In this document: positions 28,151-42,667 of the stretch, one piece after another
Numbering within the stretch: the first letter of the stretch is position 1
Layout: the number at the start of each line of letters is the position of its first letter
Source: Fimbriosthenelais zetlandica
Lineage: Eukaryota
DNA: 64,000 bases
Assembly: GCA_977030845.1 (NCBI GenBank)
Contig: OZ365113.1
Coordinates: forward strand, 20,646,001-20,710,000
Reading direction: 5' to 3'
Translations under genes and position numbers: made by a program
The notes under the pieces: model-generated
The model's input: the letters and a program-made list of their open reading frames with translations, nothing else
Told to the model about the DNA's origin: nothing
The model's database searches: none

Positions 28151-31100
28151 AGTTTTTCCACTGCAATGACAGGCAATCCATCGCCATAGATCAGCATGTA
28201 ACCGTCATCACTGATATTTTGATGCTTGCTTCTAAAAGCATGACTATGACTCTTCTTATATAAGTGGCATTTCACGGGGCTGTTTCCACACGATCAAAAG
28301 ACAAGATGTCGGTCAGCCATAGATTTTGTTCTTTTTCTGGCTGACGCCCACTAAGCAGGGGCCACACTAAAACTGCCCAGCCAATGGTCCCCGGGGAAGA
28401 TGTACCACACTTGGGGATTTGCTTTGTATGTGTGGACTGAAAGGCCAGTAGTAATTTATAGAGAAGATGCGTATTAGGCCACCAAGTTCCTAAGCACTTA
28501 ATTTAGGCAATCATGCCATCACTCCCATGTTAAATGGTCACCGACTGTCAATGCTCTTAAAAAGATTTGTCGCTGGGCAAAGGGTTCGCAAATACTGAAA
28601 TACTGAATCTAAGATTGTAAAGTGATGGTAAGTTGGCAGAAATGTGCTCTGTATACGGTAATGGGATATAGATTAGTTGCGTTAGAAAAAGGCAAGGCAA
28701 TGGGATGGGTCATTTATTGAACCGGGAGAACATCGTTTTTCCCCCGTGAACACACTATGAGCTAGTGTAAATTGAGGGGTACACACTAATCCCATTTGCC
28801 ATCATGGTTTTCCTGCGGATACATCACCAGAGGACTGTAACAAAAATCATCCATGATCGATGACATGATGCTTCACTTAACAACCGTACACCTATGGGGG
28901 TCAGAGGAGCATGGTAAGACACAGGATAAAAGCACTGAGAATCATGTACATTTATATCGTAAAGTCAACTGGTACTCATGCTAGTTCAGGAGGCTACAGA
29001 GATGAGGCCATTTGTCTCAGACCTAGGTCTGTCTTTGTTAAAGCTGTGACTTCCTAACTCGCCACATGGGGGCATGGCCCGCAGTGACAGTAGCAAGACC
29101 TACTGCCGGGAATGTACTGCTGGGACCGTCTTCTACTGGTTGACATTTGATTTATTATAAAAGACGGGGCACTGCTACTTGACAGCCCGGACCAAGTGAG
29201 AATGTCACAGAAGATTCAGAACACTTATATGGGGAAGATCAAACTAATAGTACATTGACAGCTAGGGCAAAAAGACTTTTGGGTGTGTCTGCTGACAGAA
29301 GTGGATGTTAAAGGAGTATGCCTATAGGGCTTCATTCTGAGCAGGCTGCAGCCAATCCACAGCAATAAATACACATTTGGCAGATCCTTACATATCTTAT
29401 TTCAATCCAAGGTGCAGGCCAAATTTGAATGGGCTCTCAGGTATCTCTGGGTGATGAAGCTTCGGATAGGTTTGGGTTACCTTTTAAAATCTCTTCTTTA
29501 TTGATCGCCAAATTGTATGGTTACACAATGGCTGCTATAAGCAAAAGGAAGCTTTAAGTTAAACATGATGCAGTGAAAAATATCTATAAGTTAGTCTACA
29601 ATTCAAAGCCCAAACAAAACGATTGAAGTGGTTATTGATGAACATTGGTCTATAGTCGTGCAGTAATCAGAGTGCTGCACGTGTTTTGACATTACGAGAT
29701 ATAAAGTTACACCAAAATCTCAAAACGCCTACAAGCATTCTGCGTCATTAGCCTGAATGAAATTCATAAAGAAGTTCCCGAACAAAATAAACCCATCTTC
29801 TGAACCACAACAACAAAATAATGCATGCCAAATGAAACAAATCTGATTTCAAAGTTGTTGTTTAATTTTTCAATACAAAAGTTAATAAATAATCGATATT
29901 CCTTTGTATCTTGTCCATTTCTCTGTATCTTTTAGCTCTATATGGTTTTATGAAATCTGAGGCATAATTGTATCCATACACATACAGGTTTTCCTCTCGG
30001 ATCTCATGAATTTCTCTCTGTTTTATATATATTCACGTCAGGCCATGTATCAGCAGCTATTTTCACTTACTCTTCAACAAATCACCTTCATTATGTTCCA
30101 CTTCTGCTTAGACTGATCACCTTGCTTTGATTATCTACACTTGTTTGCCACTTTATTACTCCATCCTGCCTTCAATCCGTCAGAAAGGCTTCTTTAAATG
30201 GAAAAGAAATATCAATAGCAGACGAAGGGCTTTTCCATCCAAACAAGTAGTTACACGATCCATCTCCTCCATTCATTGTTCCCTTCAGAACATCCTGAGG
30301 TATACTCTGAGAAGGTCTATTCTTTGTTATTCTTATCCTACGCTAACGACCATTCTCGACATATTCTCAATGCCAACTTAACATCTCATGTTCTGCTATC
30401 TCCCATCATACCTTCTCTCTCTATCGGCCGCAATGTTCTTGCGTTAAATGATAAGAAACTATGACTTTCAGTCTCAGGATGTACCCGACATCAGTTCAGA
30501 GCAGAGTTGGGGGAGGTATAGTCTTTTATACACCTTTAAACCCATAAGGTTTTTTTCCTCGTTGGAAGTATATCTAATGGGGAAGAGGAAAGAACATTAT
30601 GTGGGACTGTGTGTTTTTTCTGTGATTTTTTTTGGTCATAAAAGAGCATCAATCTGGTTGTGAACAAGAACCGATGATCCATTAGTTTATGGGTTGTACA
30701 GCATAATAGGTGTCTCTCGGAATACAAGGAGATTACAGATGACAGCATATAATATGTTTGTCTTAAAGGGGAAGACCTATAAGCAATTAAATCTTGAACC
30801 AAATTTCCTAGTCGTGATCACCAGGACATATTATAAGGACAGGTCCTGGGGAATACTATGTGAACAGTGAAAAGAATGGTTGATGGAGAGAAGGGATCAC
30901 GGTTTGTATTGGATGTTCTTTTAAGCTCTTGCTGTTGTTTGCAGCATGCACATGGTCCAGCCAGACAATATGGACAGGATAGTTTTAGTGGAATGTCCGG
31001 GTCAAATAGCAACAGGCCTGGACACTTTTCGCCAAATGACCATGCAAGTAGATGAATAGAAATCCCAATAAGATACGAGAAACCTTATATGTACTTTCCC

Positions 31101-31885
31101 TTAAAGTACCTTTCTTCAGAATGCAATTTGATTGGTTTAGTTGGTAAACAACGCATGAGTCCTTCATAATTTCCAGATCCTTGAGGAAGCTGTGAGCCTC
31201 CTGCTAGTGACAATCTTAATCCCCAACTCACCACCAGGATTAACAGTGAGAATGCTTCGTGATACACTTAAGACATTACGAGGGACGGGGATAATAGCTA
31301 GTCTACTCTGGATCAACAAGGATTTCATGATTTCATCGATTTTTTACATGCCATCTTGAACCATCTGGTCGACGTTCATGTGTGCATTTTATTTTAAATA
31401 ATTTGGTAAATGGAGTAATGCGAGATCAACACAAGGGCAGCTTCACGTATGACCTTCACGTGCAGTGTGTTTTTTGAATATTTTACAATTGCCACGGATT
31501 GTGAAAATGTCACATACTCAAGAACATTAAGTAGGGGCCTATTACTATAGCAGGTCCTGCACATATTCGTTTGACCTCTTGCCAGCATTTGGGCATGATA
31601 GGTCTTATGATGATGGAGAGACGGAAGTCACATTTGAAAAGGCCGTTGGCAACTGGAAAAATCAACAGATAATATTTAACCTGTGCTGCAGTATTATTCT
31701 TGGAGTCGATATGTCTATATTGTGTATATTTATGTTACATGATAGAAAACACATTAGATGAAGTCTATTGATTCCCATTTATGCATTACTATAGCATTCT
31801 GATGATCATTTGAAAAAAGACACTGACAAGTGTGCAAATTACCATGCAACCAGCAAATAAAATTAGCTAACTTACTAATTAGTAC

Positions 31886-32074
31886 TCAGTCATCTATTCC
31901 TGTCGCTGCCAATATAGACTGTAATCCCCTTGAGCTATTTTTAATTTTATTTTTCACGTAAATGTCTAATTTGGAACAAATTAAGCTAATGAGCTTGAAT
32001 CCCAGGAGCCCCAAACTAGTTTTGCATGGATTGTCTCGGCGAAACGGAATAGTGAAAGGACATTTGTCTGACAA
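31886..32074 (-). mobile_element. Decayed LINE APE endonuclease fragment
   Basis: ORF text PFRRDN...LGLLG...IYVKNKIK resembles FRRDR..GGGV.IYVKxxI. Confidence 0.3.
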
Positions 32075-35000
32075 GGGTCATAGGTGTTGTCGAGGTGAGA
32101 GCTCTGTTAGTATTGCTTACAAATCAGCAGACTAATTAGTAGTTGAAATCACTCTCCACTACTTTATTTGTCTACCCTTGACTTGCCCTTGCCTCATGTG
32201 TTATTTTTTTAGCGAAAAATACATGCGGTTCTGTTGCTTCCTATTTCCACCATAAAGCCTCATAAGGTAATCAATATCCAGTACATGTATTTTCGACGGA
32301 AATAATTATATTTCTTATCTCAAAACTACACTATAGGTACTAAGAATCAGTCTATATATTTAAGACACGCCTAATTGTGATGATATACATGTTTGATGAA
32401 ATATTCTTATTGGAAAACAATTCTGGAGGAAATCCTTTAAATCTCGGATTAAAATGAATCATAAGAATCCATCCATTATGCCCGCCATCACTGAGATATG
32501 TAGCTCTATGTCGAGGCAAAAAATGACAAATAAGTCTTAATACCCATAGATTTAATGTGAAAGCAGCGAGTAGGCTATACTCGTAAATAAATACCCGGCA
32601 AGTTTAGACTTCTCTATGTGAGATGAATGCTTAAGTTGAGGATTCATCCTGCTAAATGGCGAGTGATTGAAAAATATTCTCCGAACGGAATTATTTTTAG
32701 GGGAATAGCCACACTGGGATAAATAACTGCAGCTAATCAAGCCAGCAGTGCCCTCCTTGTTTTTTGGTATATTTAATCAGGTTGCAAGTTTAATTAATTA
32801 GCTTTCAGCTAGAGGAGCACCTTAGCTAATCCAGATCCGAAGAGCAAACCAAGAAGTCTGAGGGAGATTTAATAGTTCAATTCCAGGCTTTGGTCAGGTG
32901 TTCCTGCTTTAAGAACTTTAGAGAAGGGTTTGAAGTTGAAAAATTACTTCTTTTCTTGATTCTCCTTGTAATCTTATAAAGTGTGAGTTTTGTCAATCTG
33001 GATGTGAAATAGATCCAGCGATTGACGTCAGAATTAATGGAAACTCACAACAGACAAGCAGGAACATGGTCATCTTTATTTGAAGTATCCAAATTCGTTT
33101 TATTAAGGCTAACTTAATCATTTAAAGTTGATTGTTGATATTACGGGCGACAGCCTTGATAAATCCCCTCCATCTTAAATCCAGGGTGATCGATATCAAC
33201 AAATGGGAAACTGATTGGAGCCAGGAATACCACGTGATGGATAGGGACCAATCAGTGTCAAGTTGTCACTCCGAAAGGAGCCGCCATCTTGCTTCCCTCA
33301 AGCTACCTGATCGATTTAGACTGATCAGGATTATCCTTTTATGCCTGAGGGCACACGCAAGGCATTGTACGACCTTTAAGACCTCCAACTTTCCTAAAAG
33401 GTTTGATGTTTTAATACATTTGATAATGCAAAAAAAGTTTGGCTTGTATGAGTGATTAATCATTTATGTATAAGGGCCATACTTTCTCACTTTGTCATTA
33501 TCGTTATAGTCAAGCATTCAAAACCAGATATGCTTGCCAGGGTTTCATTTCTGCTCATGGGGATCCATGTTAGAACACAAGGGAAGTGTCAGTGTATTGA
33601 TTCATACTTCTCACAATACATGTCCCCTGAAGCCAACTGAACATTCATATTGAGATTCCCAGTGAGCTGGTTCGGATAGCTGGAGAACGTTTCAAAACAC
33701 GGCAAGGAGTGTCTATTCACCTAACGAGTATAGAAATAATCTATACCCGATGATTCACCTAAGTATTCCGCTTTCTATTCTCCATCTTAAAGAATAGAGA
33801 AGAAATATAAGAATCTTACGACTTGTTCTCTATGCTGGGGAAAAAGCATAATCCTGTAGTTCTCCTTTTGATCCTCTTTTGTTCAAAGCACTGTGGAACC
33901 TTACCATAATGCTAATTAAACATTGACTTTAGAACGATACCATAAGTTGACTGGCACCAATATTTGATGTGGCTTCTGTAGCTTTAATTGCAGTCTGGAG
34001 TATTGCAGTCTTATGTAAAAACATTAATTGGTCTAATGAAAAGTGACAGTGGTTCGAATTCACACGATTCTGATTTCCATCTGGGAATAGTAAGGAAAAG
34101 CACATGTGTAGCATTAAGGATGGATCACTGTAGGTTTATTAGCCAAAAATGACTACAGATCATACCACACATTGTGCTACCATTCTGTTTCACTGAATAA
34201 TAACCATCCTCTACATTGTATTTGCCGTATGGTCCTATTGCATGCATACTTTACTGAATAATATTCAGATTTTTGCAAATTACGTAGATGGAATGGTGTA
34301 ACTTCATGCATGCCTTAATCACCGGAACCATTCCGACATGCAAGCAATTTCTCCCATGATGGATGTGATTATTCATAGTAACGTTATCTTAACAGAATTT
34401 TGGAAGAAAACAATAAGAGAAATCTGTCCCTAATTGCATGCATGTTGCAAACTGGACCTCCGTATGGTATGGATAAATTTCTTCTTGAGGAATTTCCCAT
34501 ACAGCCTGCCACAGGAGTGTGGGTAGGTAAGATTTACATATGATCACCTTCACATGGCCCTCAGGATGACCTCTGGGTTGATAGGACAGGGTTGGCCAAG
34601 CCCTGTCAATCAGGCCTGAAGTATTATCCATCGTAACAGGCTGCAGCAAAATATGTACATTGTTTCAGCAGCGTACCAGGGCATTAACAACTACTATGTT
34701 CAGGGAATTTAATAAATATTTAAAATCTAAAGGGCCTTGGCATCGAGGTCACATCGGTCACATCTTATCTTTTATAAGATAAGCCATGTGTACATATTAT
34801 TCATTATGTAAAGTATATTTACTAACAAACAATACAATATGCTTTGTTCTATTCATCAGTTTGTCCATGGTCATGTTCAACACAAAACGATACCACAGGA
34901 TCATTGCAGACCTCGCCCACCCAGTAACACTTGCCCTTCTGTTCAAATAATTGTCAATTATTCTAATATTTTGCCTTATACAATAATAATGACGTTAAAA

Positions 35001-38000
35001 ATCCCGTTACCCAACATCACACCATTATGTCACAAATTATTCTCCTGGCAGACTGAGGCGACATTGAACAGTGGTTCTGTCAATGTATTACACCTCCGAA
35101 AGCTAACAGAAAGCGTTGAAATATATAATATATTGATGTTTCCACGTTTACATAAAGCACAATTATTATCCAAAGACAAATTTAGCCAAAAATTACATTT
35201 GAAAGAACTGAGAAGATTTGTGCAATGCAACAGATCTAGGTGATGCTAAAGGCTTTTAGCAATTTAAAATTCATAGTTATTTTCCATTTACCAGGTCATT
35301 GACATATGTTTTTTCTCAATGTGGAAAACAAAAATTACAGGAAAAGGTTGGAGAGCGCGGTGAAGCTCTCACGTCAACACCCGTACATACGGTCTATACA
35401 GTTCTAACAGGCGATATGTCTGATTTATTCCTTTTTTCTATTATTTAATGCCTACGGGGAAAATAAATACAATTCCAAAGAGGCACAGACAATTTCAATG
35501 ACTAGACGTCAACGACCGATGTTCTATAGCTAGTCCTGAAAGTATCAATAACATCTGTACTTCTAGATGAATATGTACAGCTATGTATATATATTCAGGA
35601 AGAACATCGCTTTAATCAAAGAGGCCTTTGGGTATGCACTATAATATTTCATCTTACAGATGACCTGCCTTTCATCAGTACTACAGTATTTCTATTATGT
35701 TAACATATTACTGGCATTCATTGCCTGCTCACACTTGAAACAGAGCAAGTCCGAGTGGCTCATGTAACTGAGCGTATAGGATCAGCGCGTATAAATTCGC
35801 CCTGAGCTCAGTAGAAGGGAATTTGGAACACAATAAGATTCTTTGGATCTCACTCTACCTGCGCATTTTATTAAAACTCTACTCTGATGTCAGATTTGGT
35901 TTAGGATATCTCATCAAAATGTTCAATATGAAAGTGTGCCTGATAATAGGTTTTTCTCAACAACATTTCTCAATCTATATTATGATTTCTCAACATGGAT
36001 GTGAAGGTCGTTCCTTTCTTGCCACTCTCCTGGCACTTATAATGCAGGGCACATAGCGTTGAATATCCTTTTAAAATACATAATGAATGTACAGCCCATT
36101 TTCCAATGTAAAACCCATTTACCTTGTACCTCTTTTCTTAGTATCATGCCTCCTCATAAATTGTCCCACGGGAGCAACAACATAGGGAAACCGAAAACCC
36201 TCATCGCACTCATTAGAGGAGAACTAATGTTTCAGCATGAATAACAAACAATACCATGTGTCTCAAGCAGTTCTGATGCATTCATCAGGGCAGCCGGAAA
36301 ATATGATTCCTCTTCCACCTTAAATCAAACACTTTTGTCTCGACATCCCATTTCTTCTCTGGGGAAAGATGTCGAGGAGGTAATTGATATTCCGTGCACA
36401 CACTTATCATGCATATAGGGCGTGGATTGTGTGCTGTGCCGTCCTGTGCAATATAATGCCCAATTTCCAGAAGCAATCTTGGATTGCAGTAAAGCAGGTT
36501 GCCCTGCCTCCCTATTCCATATAATTAGTCCCCAGATTGTGCTGATTAAAAATGTATATTGCAGCGCCATTATTAGTCTATATTGAAGTGGACGCTGATT
36601 TAGCACCCCATACTACTAACGTAATGGGCCTTTAAGCACCCTAAACGGGGTGCATAACCTGCAATCACATTTGTTTCTCGTAAATAAGTTCCAGTTCTCA
36701 TGATAAAGGTTTTATTGGGAAGTTTAAGACCTGAGAGTATTTGATATTCAAACGGCTGGACAATGAATGGCAGAAACCCTTTCAGGCCAGGACTGCCATA
36801 AAAGAGCCTTCAATGCGAAGGTGGATTCCTCAGGCAGAAGGTGTGCTTGAATCAAGTGAAGCAAGTCATTTTTAAGCAGATCTAACGCTAAATATGGCGT
36901 AAGCCTTTCTAATTTTGATTGATATCAGTTTGGTTTTCTAAATGAATGTTTGGATGGGAGCATTTAAGCCTTAAGGATGTCTGTGCCTTCCCCAGTCTTA
37001 ATGGAGACCTGCCAGTGAATGGTTCTGTAAAAAGCCTCTTTCTATCAATCAAATCGCATCCAAGGCCGCATTTATACAGCCCGAATGGCATTCAGAAACA
37101 CAACTCAAGGAACATTCAAAATATTTCCACACAGACCTATACAATGGTACATTCAATCTGGAGAGTAGGCCTACTAGTTGCATTGATACCATTCATCATT
37201 TATTAAGAAATTATTTAAACTCTATCGACATAAACTTTTTATAGATGATATTGCATGGGAAAAAGATTAATGCTTTAAAAATGGGCTAAGCGACCTTTTA
37301 AATTTGTAATCTTCATGTCTTACCATAAGAAGAACAAAGTACTTAATGACAAGAAGAAGCATGTAAGCTCGCTTACCATCTACGTAGAACAGGAGTAGGA
37401 GATTGGAGAGTATAATCCGGAGAGCCCGTGTTGGGCACCTCATGGTCACGGCTTGTATCCCAACGTGTGCCGAGCGCCAGATCTATGGACGGGCCGGGCT
37501 CCCAGTAATGGTGCCCGAGGAAAACTCCCGATAACCTTTTATGGTTATACTACTCACAATCCAGTCCCAGCCAAGCAGGTGTGATCCTTAGAGCGGTGAT
37601 ACCAGTAACACGGCCTGGCCATCACGCTCACGTGCTATAGCTGGATAAATCCTAGTCAAATTCTACAGATTATCTTAATCCAGATTATCTCCTACAGGTA
37701 AATCACGTGTCTTGGTCCAACAATACAATGATGAAGCCTTTAAGTATATTTGTATCGGTTTTTGAAGATGTCTTCTGAAGGAAGGGAATATCTTTATGAC
37801 AATTCAAAGTTATATCTATTTGGCATGAATTGTATTTCAGTTAGGATTTTCTCTTGCTTCTCTAGCTTCATAATTTCATTTTCTGGTAGATACTGAGAGT
37901 GAGTGTATATACGGTTCCAATGAAGGGTGCTATATAATGTACTATCAGTAGACAGGATATAATAGGGTGAACTGCAGTCTTTGGTATGACTGATGTAACC

Positions 38001-39414
38001 AAGCCTTTAGGGTCACACTCAGCTTCACCCCAACCATCTGCCACTGGGAGAAGCCTGGCTATCAATCCCTGGTATAAGCCCTCATACCTTCCGACACATA
38101 CATGAACCACGCACACTTCACACGCACATGTGTGGTTTACTTTCTATCATATATGCATTGCTCGTATAGCAAAGATACTCCCATACAGTCCTGCTTCCTC
38201 TTCCTTCCTCCTTTCCTTCTTCCAGGGTTTAAAGGTCGTCTACATTGGAGCAGAGTTCATCTCTACAATGGTGAAAAGGAAGAAAGCGAATGAGAAATCA
38301 TACATAGAGAGTGGAGGAGGGAGGATGCGCGGATGGGATATGGAGAGTAACAAGAGCGACTCCATGCCGCGAGTTACTCCTTCCAGAGAATCGTGATTAC
38401 AATGGGACGAAAAGCAACCATTCATATAGAACAAAAACTGAGTGTCATTCAGACATAATAGTCCTGATCAGATATCATCAGAGACGACATGTCCCATTAA
38501 AATGAATTATATAAAATGAATTAAAATATCAATTTCTTCAATTTGGGTCAGAGACATTTGGGCAGGGTTGGAGCGGGGAGTGGCTCACTTTAGTTGGAAG
38601 TTTTCAGACAATAGAATTAAGTAAAGCCGTCTTATCTAAAGACTATGTATACATAAATAAAGGAGATGACAATAGTCTATAGATAGGAACTCAGTAAAGA
38701 GGAATATTTTGGATCATTTTGGGATATAATTCTTGTATTTTAGTTTTTTGACACGACTAAAAGCCAAGCAGTGATAACAGCTATGATCAATAAAAATGAG
38801 AACATAGGAACATACATGTACATGTCCATGTATGTCAGTTTGGCTAATGGGCTAAGTGATTTGATAAACTCCATGTAGGCATTTATATTTCCATCAGCAT
38901 TAATCTCAATACTATTCAATCGAAGTACAATAATAATACCCCCATTGTGCTGAATATATAGAAAGAATCAAACCAAACCTTTGTCAAAATTACATTCCAG
39001 TTCAGTATACCCAGCTCCATACATTCCAGATCAGATTTCCGGGGATTAAAATCCTCATCAGACAACCTACATCCTCTTGTAAGTCTCAGAACTAGTTACA
39101 TCCTGCTGTGGGAAACATAACAGTTGTCTGCAGCTCTTCAGTACTGCGGTCCACGACAATACCTACTCGTGTCTTGGTGGAAAAAGTCTCAATGTCAAAA
39201 TTGAAGGTAAGAATTAAACACCAAAGGTGAACCTGATGAATGGAGAGTTCTTAAAGTCTTCCCACTTTGACTCCACCCCAGGTATGTGATGGTGAATTTC
39301 AGATGCTGAAGGTTTCAGGATGATCCCCTTCCCCTTTACACACCTACAACACAAGTATGTGATGAATGCTATGTGGGGAGGCTGCACGCAGGCCTGCCAG
39401 ATATGGAGGTAAAA

Positions 39415-39560
39415 GAGGTGGGAGGTGGAGGTGGTTGAGTTGGTGGATGGGAAGGCCACGTGCTCGTGCAGTGGGGGAGCAGAGGGAGTAGAGCAAGTAG
39501 TAGTCATGGAGGTGGGCTGTGGTGGTGGTGGTGGTGGAGGTGGTTCGTTGGTTGGTTGTT
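39415..39560 (+). repeat. GGT/GTT-rich low-complexity tract
   Basis: (GGT)n at 39521-39537 flanked by GGAGGTGG and GTTG repeats. It translates to poly-Pro, poly-His or poly-Val depending on frame. Confidence 0.75.
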
Positions 39561-41848
39561 CACGGAATAAACTCCCTTAACCGACTGAAGCTGAGGGGCA
39601 GCCTGAAAGGATGGCCACAGACAGCCAAGGTAGAGAGTCAGCAGTGGCGCCCTACAGTGGTGGCAGCATGTATTAACAATCGACGTTTGGGGGTCATTTG
39701 CGGTGAAAATGACTCCCCCGAATGAAAGCAATGGGGTGTCGACACGAAGGGGATTCAGTCGCAACGCTAGGAGACTCCCTGCACTTCATATATAGTCTTT
39801 TACCACGACGATCCTATTGATATATTGAGTAGAATCTGATTGGGAGGGAACTGAAAGTTTTAGTCAGTGACTATAGATCTAACAAGACAGTAGACAGGGC
39901 CTCCGTGCGCTTGAATTCCTGCATGGTCTCAAATCAGGCGATTTTATCGCCTTGTCCAGGCATCGCAACTTGATCTTAGCAATCCGCTCAGAGGCAATCC
40001 ACTCATCTTGACGCGAGCGAGATTGTATTCCACAGTGAAGTTTTGCATCATTTTTCATTAGAAGCCGATTCAGAACTTTCATTTCAGTGTTGGCAGAAAA
40101 AAAGCCCGGAAAAACGACGAAAGTATACTTAGTATTGAAGTATAAAAACCATGTTTGGAACTATGGTTGTATGCTTTGTTTGCTGCACAAACGAGATGGG
40201 ATGCACGTTACCACTCCAATTGCATCGATCCATGAAGGAACATGTATATATGCCTGATATTAGCGTTATAGGAAACAGCCAGATGGAATTGCAACCATGA
40301 AAAGAAGTATATAATCAGAAATGAATCCCCTCATATAAATAGGTGTGCCAATAGCGGAAATTGGTAACGTTATGCCTTGTACATTCAACCAAAGCTTATT
40401 ATTGAACGTCTGCAGCGAATGCACAAGGTATTAAATGGCACACACGTTTTAAAATGAGATCATGATAGTCTAGATCTAAAGTATAATAAAGGGCCTTAAA
40501 CTTATATATATATCAAGCCTTATATATATATTAGCCTATAATTGCACAGGTTTCGGTGAATTAACAGATTTTTGTTTTGAATTTATTTAATAAAATACAC
40601 CGCGGGAGATCATCTCTCACCTATCGGACCTGACCTTTTTGATCTGACACCCGGGTCGGATATCTCTGTGATTAAAAATTTGAATTGAATCTCCAGAGTA
40701 CCTATTTTGTTTAGGAAAGTTAATTGAAAGTGTATATCTTCCAGACATCTAAACTCAACCCGTGTATGCTGGAGAGTTGAAAGAGTTTTGACAAAGAATT
40801 CTGACAAAAAGAAATTTCAGAAATCAATGGAAACATATACATCTCCGTGAAGTACAGGAAATACAAAAAGGTAATCGAAGATGTTCTTTTCAGCGGACAA
40901 TCAGTCTTACATTAGTATTCATAATGAAAACAAATTCTTGGACATTTTTAAAGGCTCATATTTGAGGAGGTGCCATGAATGCCACAATAGTCAGTGAAAT
41001 CGTAATGCTTGTATTGCATGCTTGTATTTCAAATGTCTATCCAGACTCCATTTGCATTAAAGGACTGACTGACATCTCGAAAGTCCAATGGGCGTGGCTA
41101 AATCAATTGAGAATGATCGCCTTCATCCCAAGAGTGGCCTTGCTCTTTATAGCCCAGCCTGGGGCCTGTTTCAAAAGGAATATTAGCAATGCTAAATCTG
41201 TGGCTAATATTCCTTTTGAAACAGGGTCCTGACAGATCACGAAGATCAAAGGAACATGCTTTTTAAATGCAATATATTAACCTTCAGAGGAGATTTCAGA
41301 GGCTATTTCGAATCTCAGTGATTATGGCATTAAATATAAAAATGAAACAAATATTCTATTAAACCTAAGATAAATCTCTATGAATATGGCAATACGAGCC
41401 ATATTTGAATGAGAGGATCTATAGGCCCGCGTTCCATAGCTAGGGCAGGTCTATTTGCATAATCCTGGAAATATCGATACATGAGCCTGGTATAGGAGAT
41501 GAAGGAGGTGGCTGGGGTCTGTAGGGACATGGCAGTATGATCAACCTATTGAACCAGTGATTCAGCAACTCGAGAATGGAGCTTTACATATAGAACTCCC
41601 CAGACCAAGGCCGGGCTACAAAGAAAGGCAGGCTTAAGCATGTAGATCCCAATTGTTTCTCACACTCTCACATGGACTTGCAAATGCAGGCCTGGAACAT
41701 TATGAAGGAAATCCTCAGATAATAGTCGAGCAATCGCCAGAATTAGCGGAGCACGTGAAAACCTTGACCCAAGAGAAATGATTTAAAATCTGACCGTTTC
41801 AAGTTGGTCACAGAAAAGAGAATTGGGAGGGATGAAAAATCTTAGAAG

Positions 41849-42667
41849 CAGGAGACATCACGAGCAGTTCATAACAGCTATAAATACTTCAGAGCAGATG
41901 TGAGCAGTTCCTTACCTAATAACCAGAATACATTAGCTCATAAGGAAAATGTAAAATAAGGAGAGAAGTGCCCAGGAGTCGTCATGGCTAGTTCATGATT
42001 ATTATGTCATTCTCTTCCATATATGACAATAGCCATATATAGCTCAGCAGAATCTGAGCAGTGGCCATGGGGTGAGGTACTTCCCTTGGCTGTTTATGTT
42101 CATAACATGCGATAAAGGGAAAGGGATGGGGAAGACCCAGGTCAAGAGCAGACACAGGAGTGGTCATGAGCAGTTCATGACCGTTAGAATCATGTGTAAG
42201 CAGATGTGAGCAGATCAGTAACTATAGGGGGCGATTATCCATGAGCTGAAGTAGAAGGCGGGTCAAAGAAGGATGGGAAACACAGGAGTGATCGAGGCTA
42301 GGTTATAACAGTCATCATCAGTTCTGAGCTGATGTGAGCAGGTCATTAAAGAGTAATTAGAGTCCATTAATGGGTCAGGTACTGCCCTGGTCAAGGTAGT
42401 GGATTTGTTATTACAAAACATGTCTGTTTGGCTATTCATGTTCACGCCATTCAATAAAAGGAAGGCCAAATCAGGGGCAGATCATGAGTGGTCATGAGCA
42501 GTTCACAACAGTTAGTATCATGTGTGAGCAGATCTGTCTGTATGTAAGTATTGATTAATGAACTGAAATGGAAGGGACGCAAAAGAAGAGAAACATCTAA
42601 GCCAGAATCAGGAGTGCACATGAGCTAATCATAATGGCTAGATTGACTTGTGAGCAGATGTGAGCAA
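41849..42667 (+). repeat. Degenerate higher-order tandem repeat: six copies of a 59-bp unit arranged as ~306-328 bp dimers
   Basis: Units start at 41849, 41973, 42155, 42283, 42483 and 42609. Consensus is CAGGAGTGGTCATGAGCAGTTCATAACAGTTAGTATCATGTGTGAGCAGATGTGAGCAG. Start-to-start spacing alternates 124/182/128/200/126, and alternate spacers resemble each other. Confidence 0.85.

Noticed and set aside
39214-39764. Poly-His/poly-Pro ORFs as a real protein
   Set aside because: They are explained by a GGT microsatellite; the overlapping ORFs in several frames are low-complexity artefacts.
41849-42667. CRISPR array (repeat plus spacer appearance)
   Set aside because: Units are too long and too diverged, linkers vary widely in length, and alternate linkers are homologous to each other (e.g. 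CCAT..GGGTGAGGTACTTCCC versus CCATTAATGGGTCAGGTACTGCCC). There are no cas genes and the context is eukaryotic.
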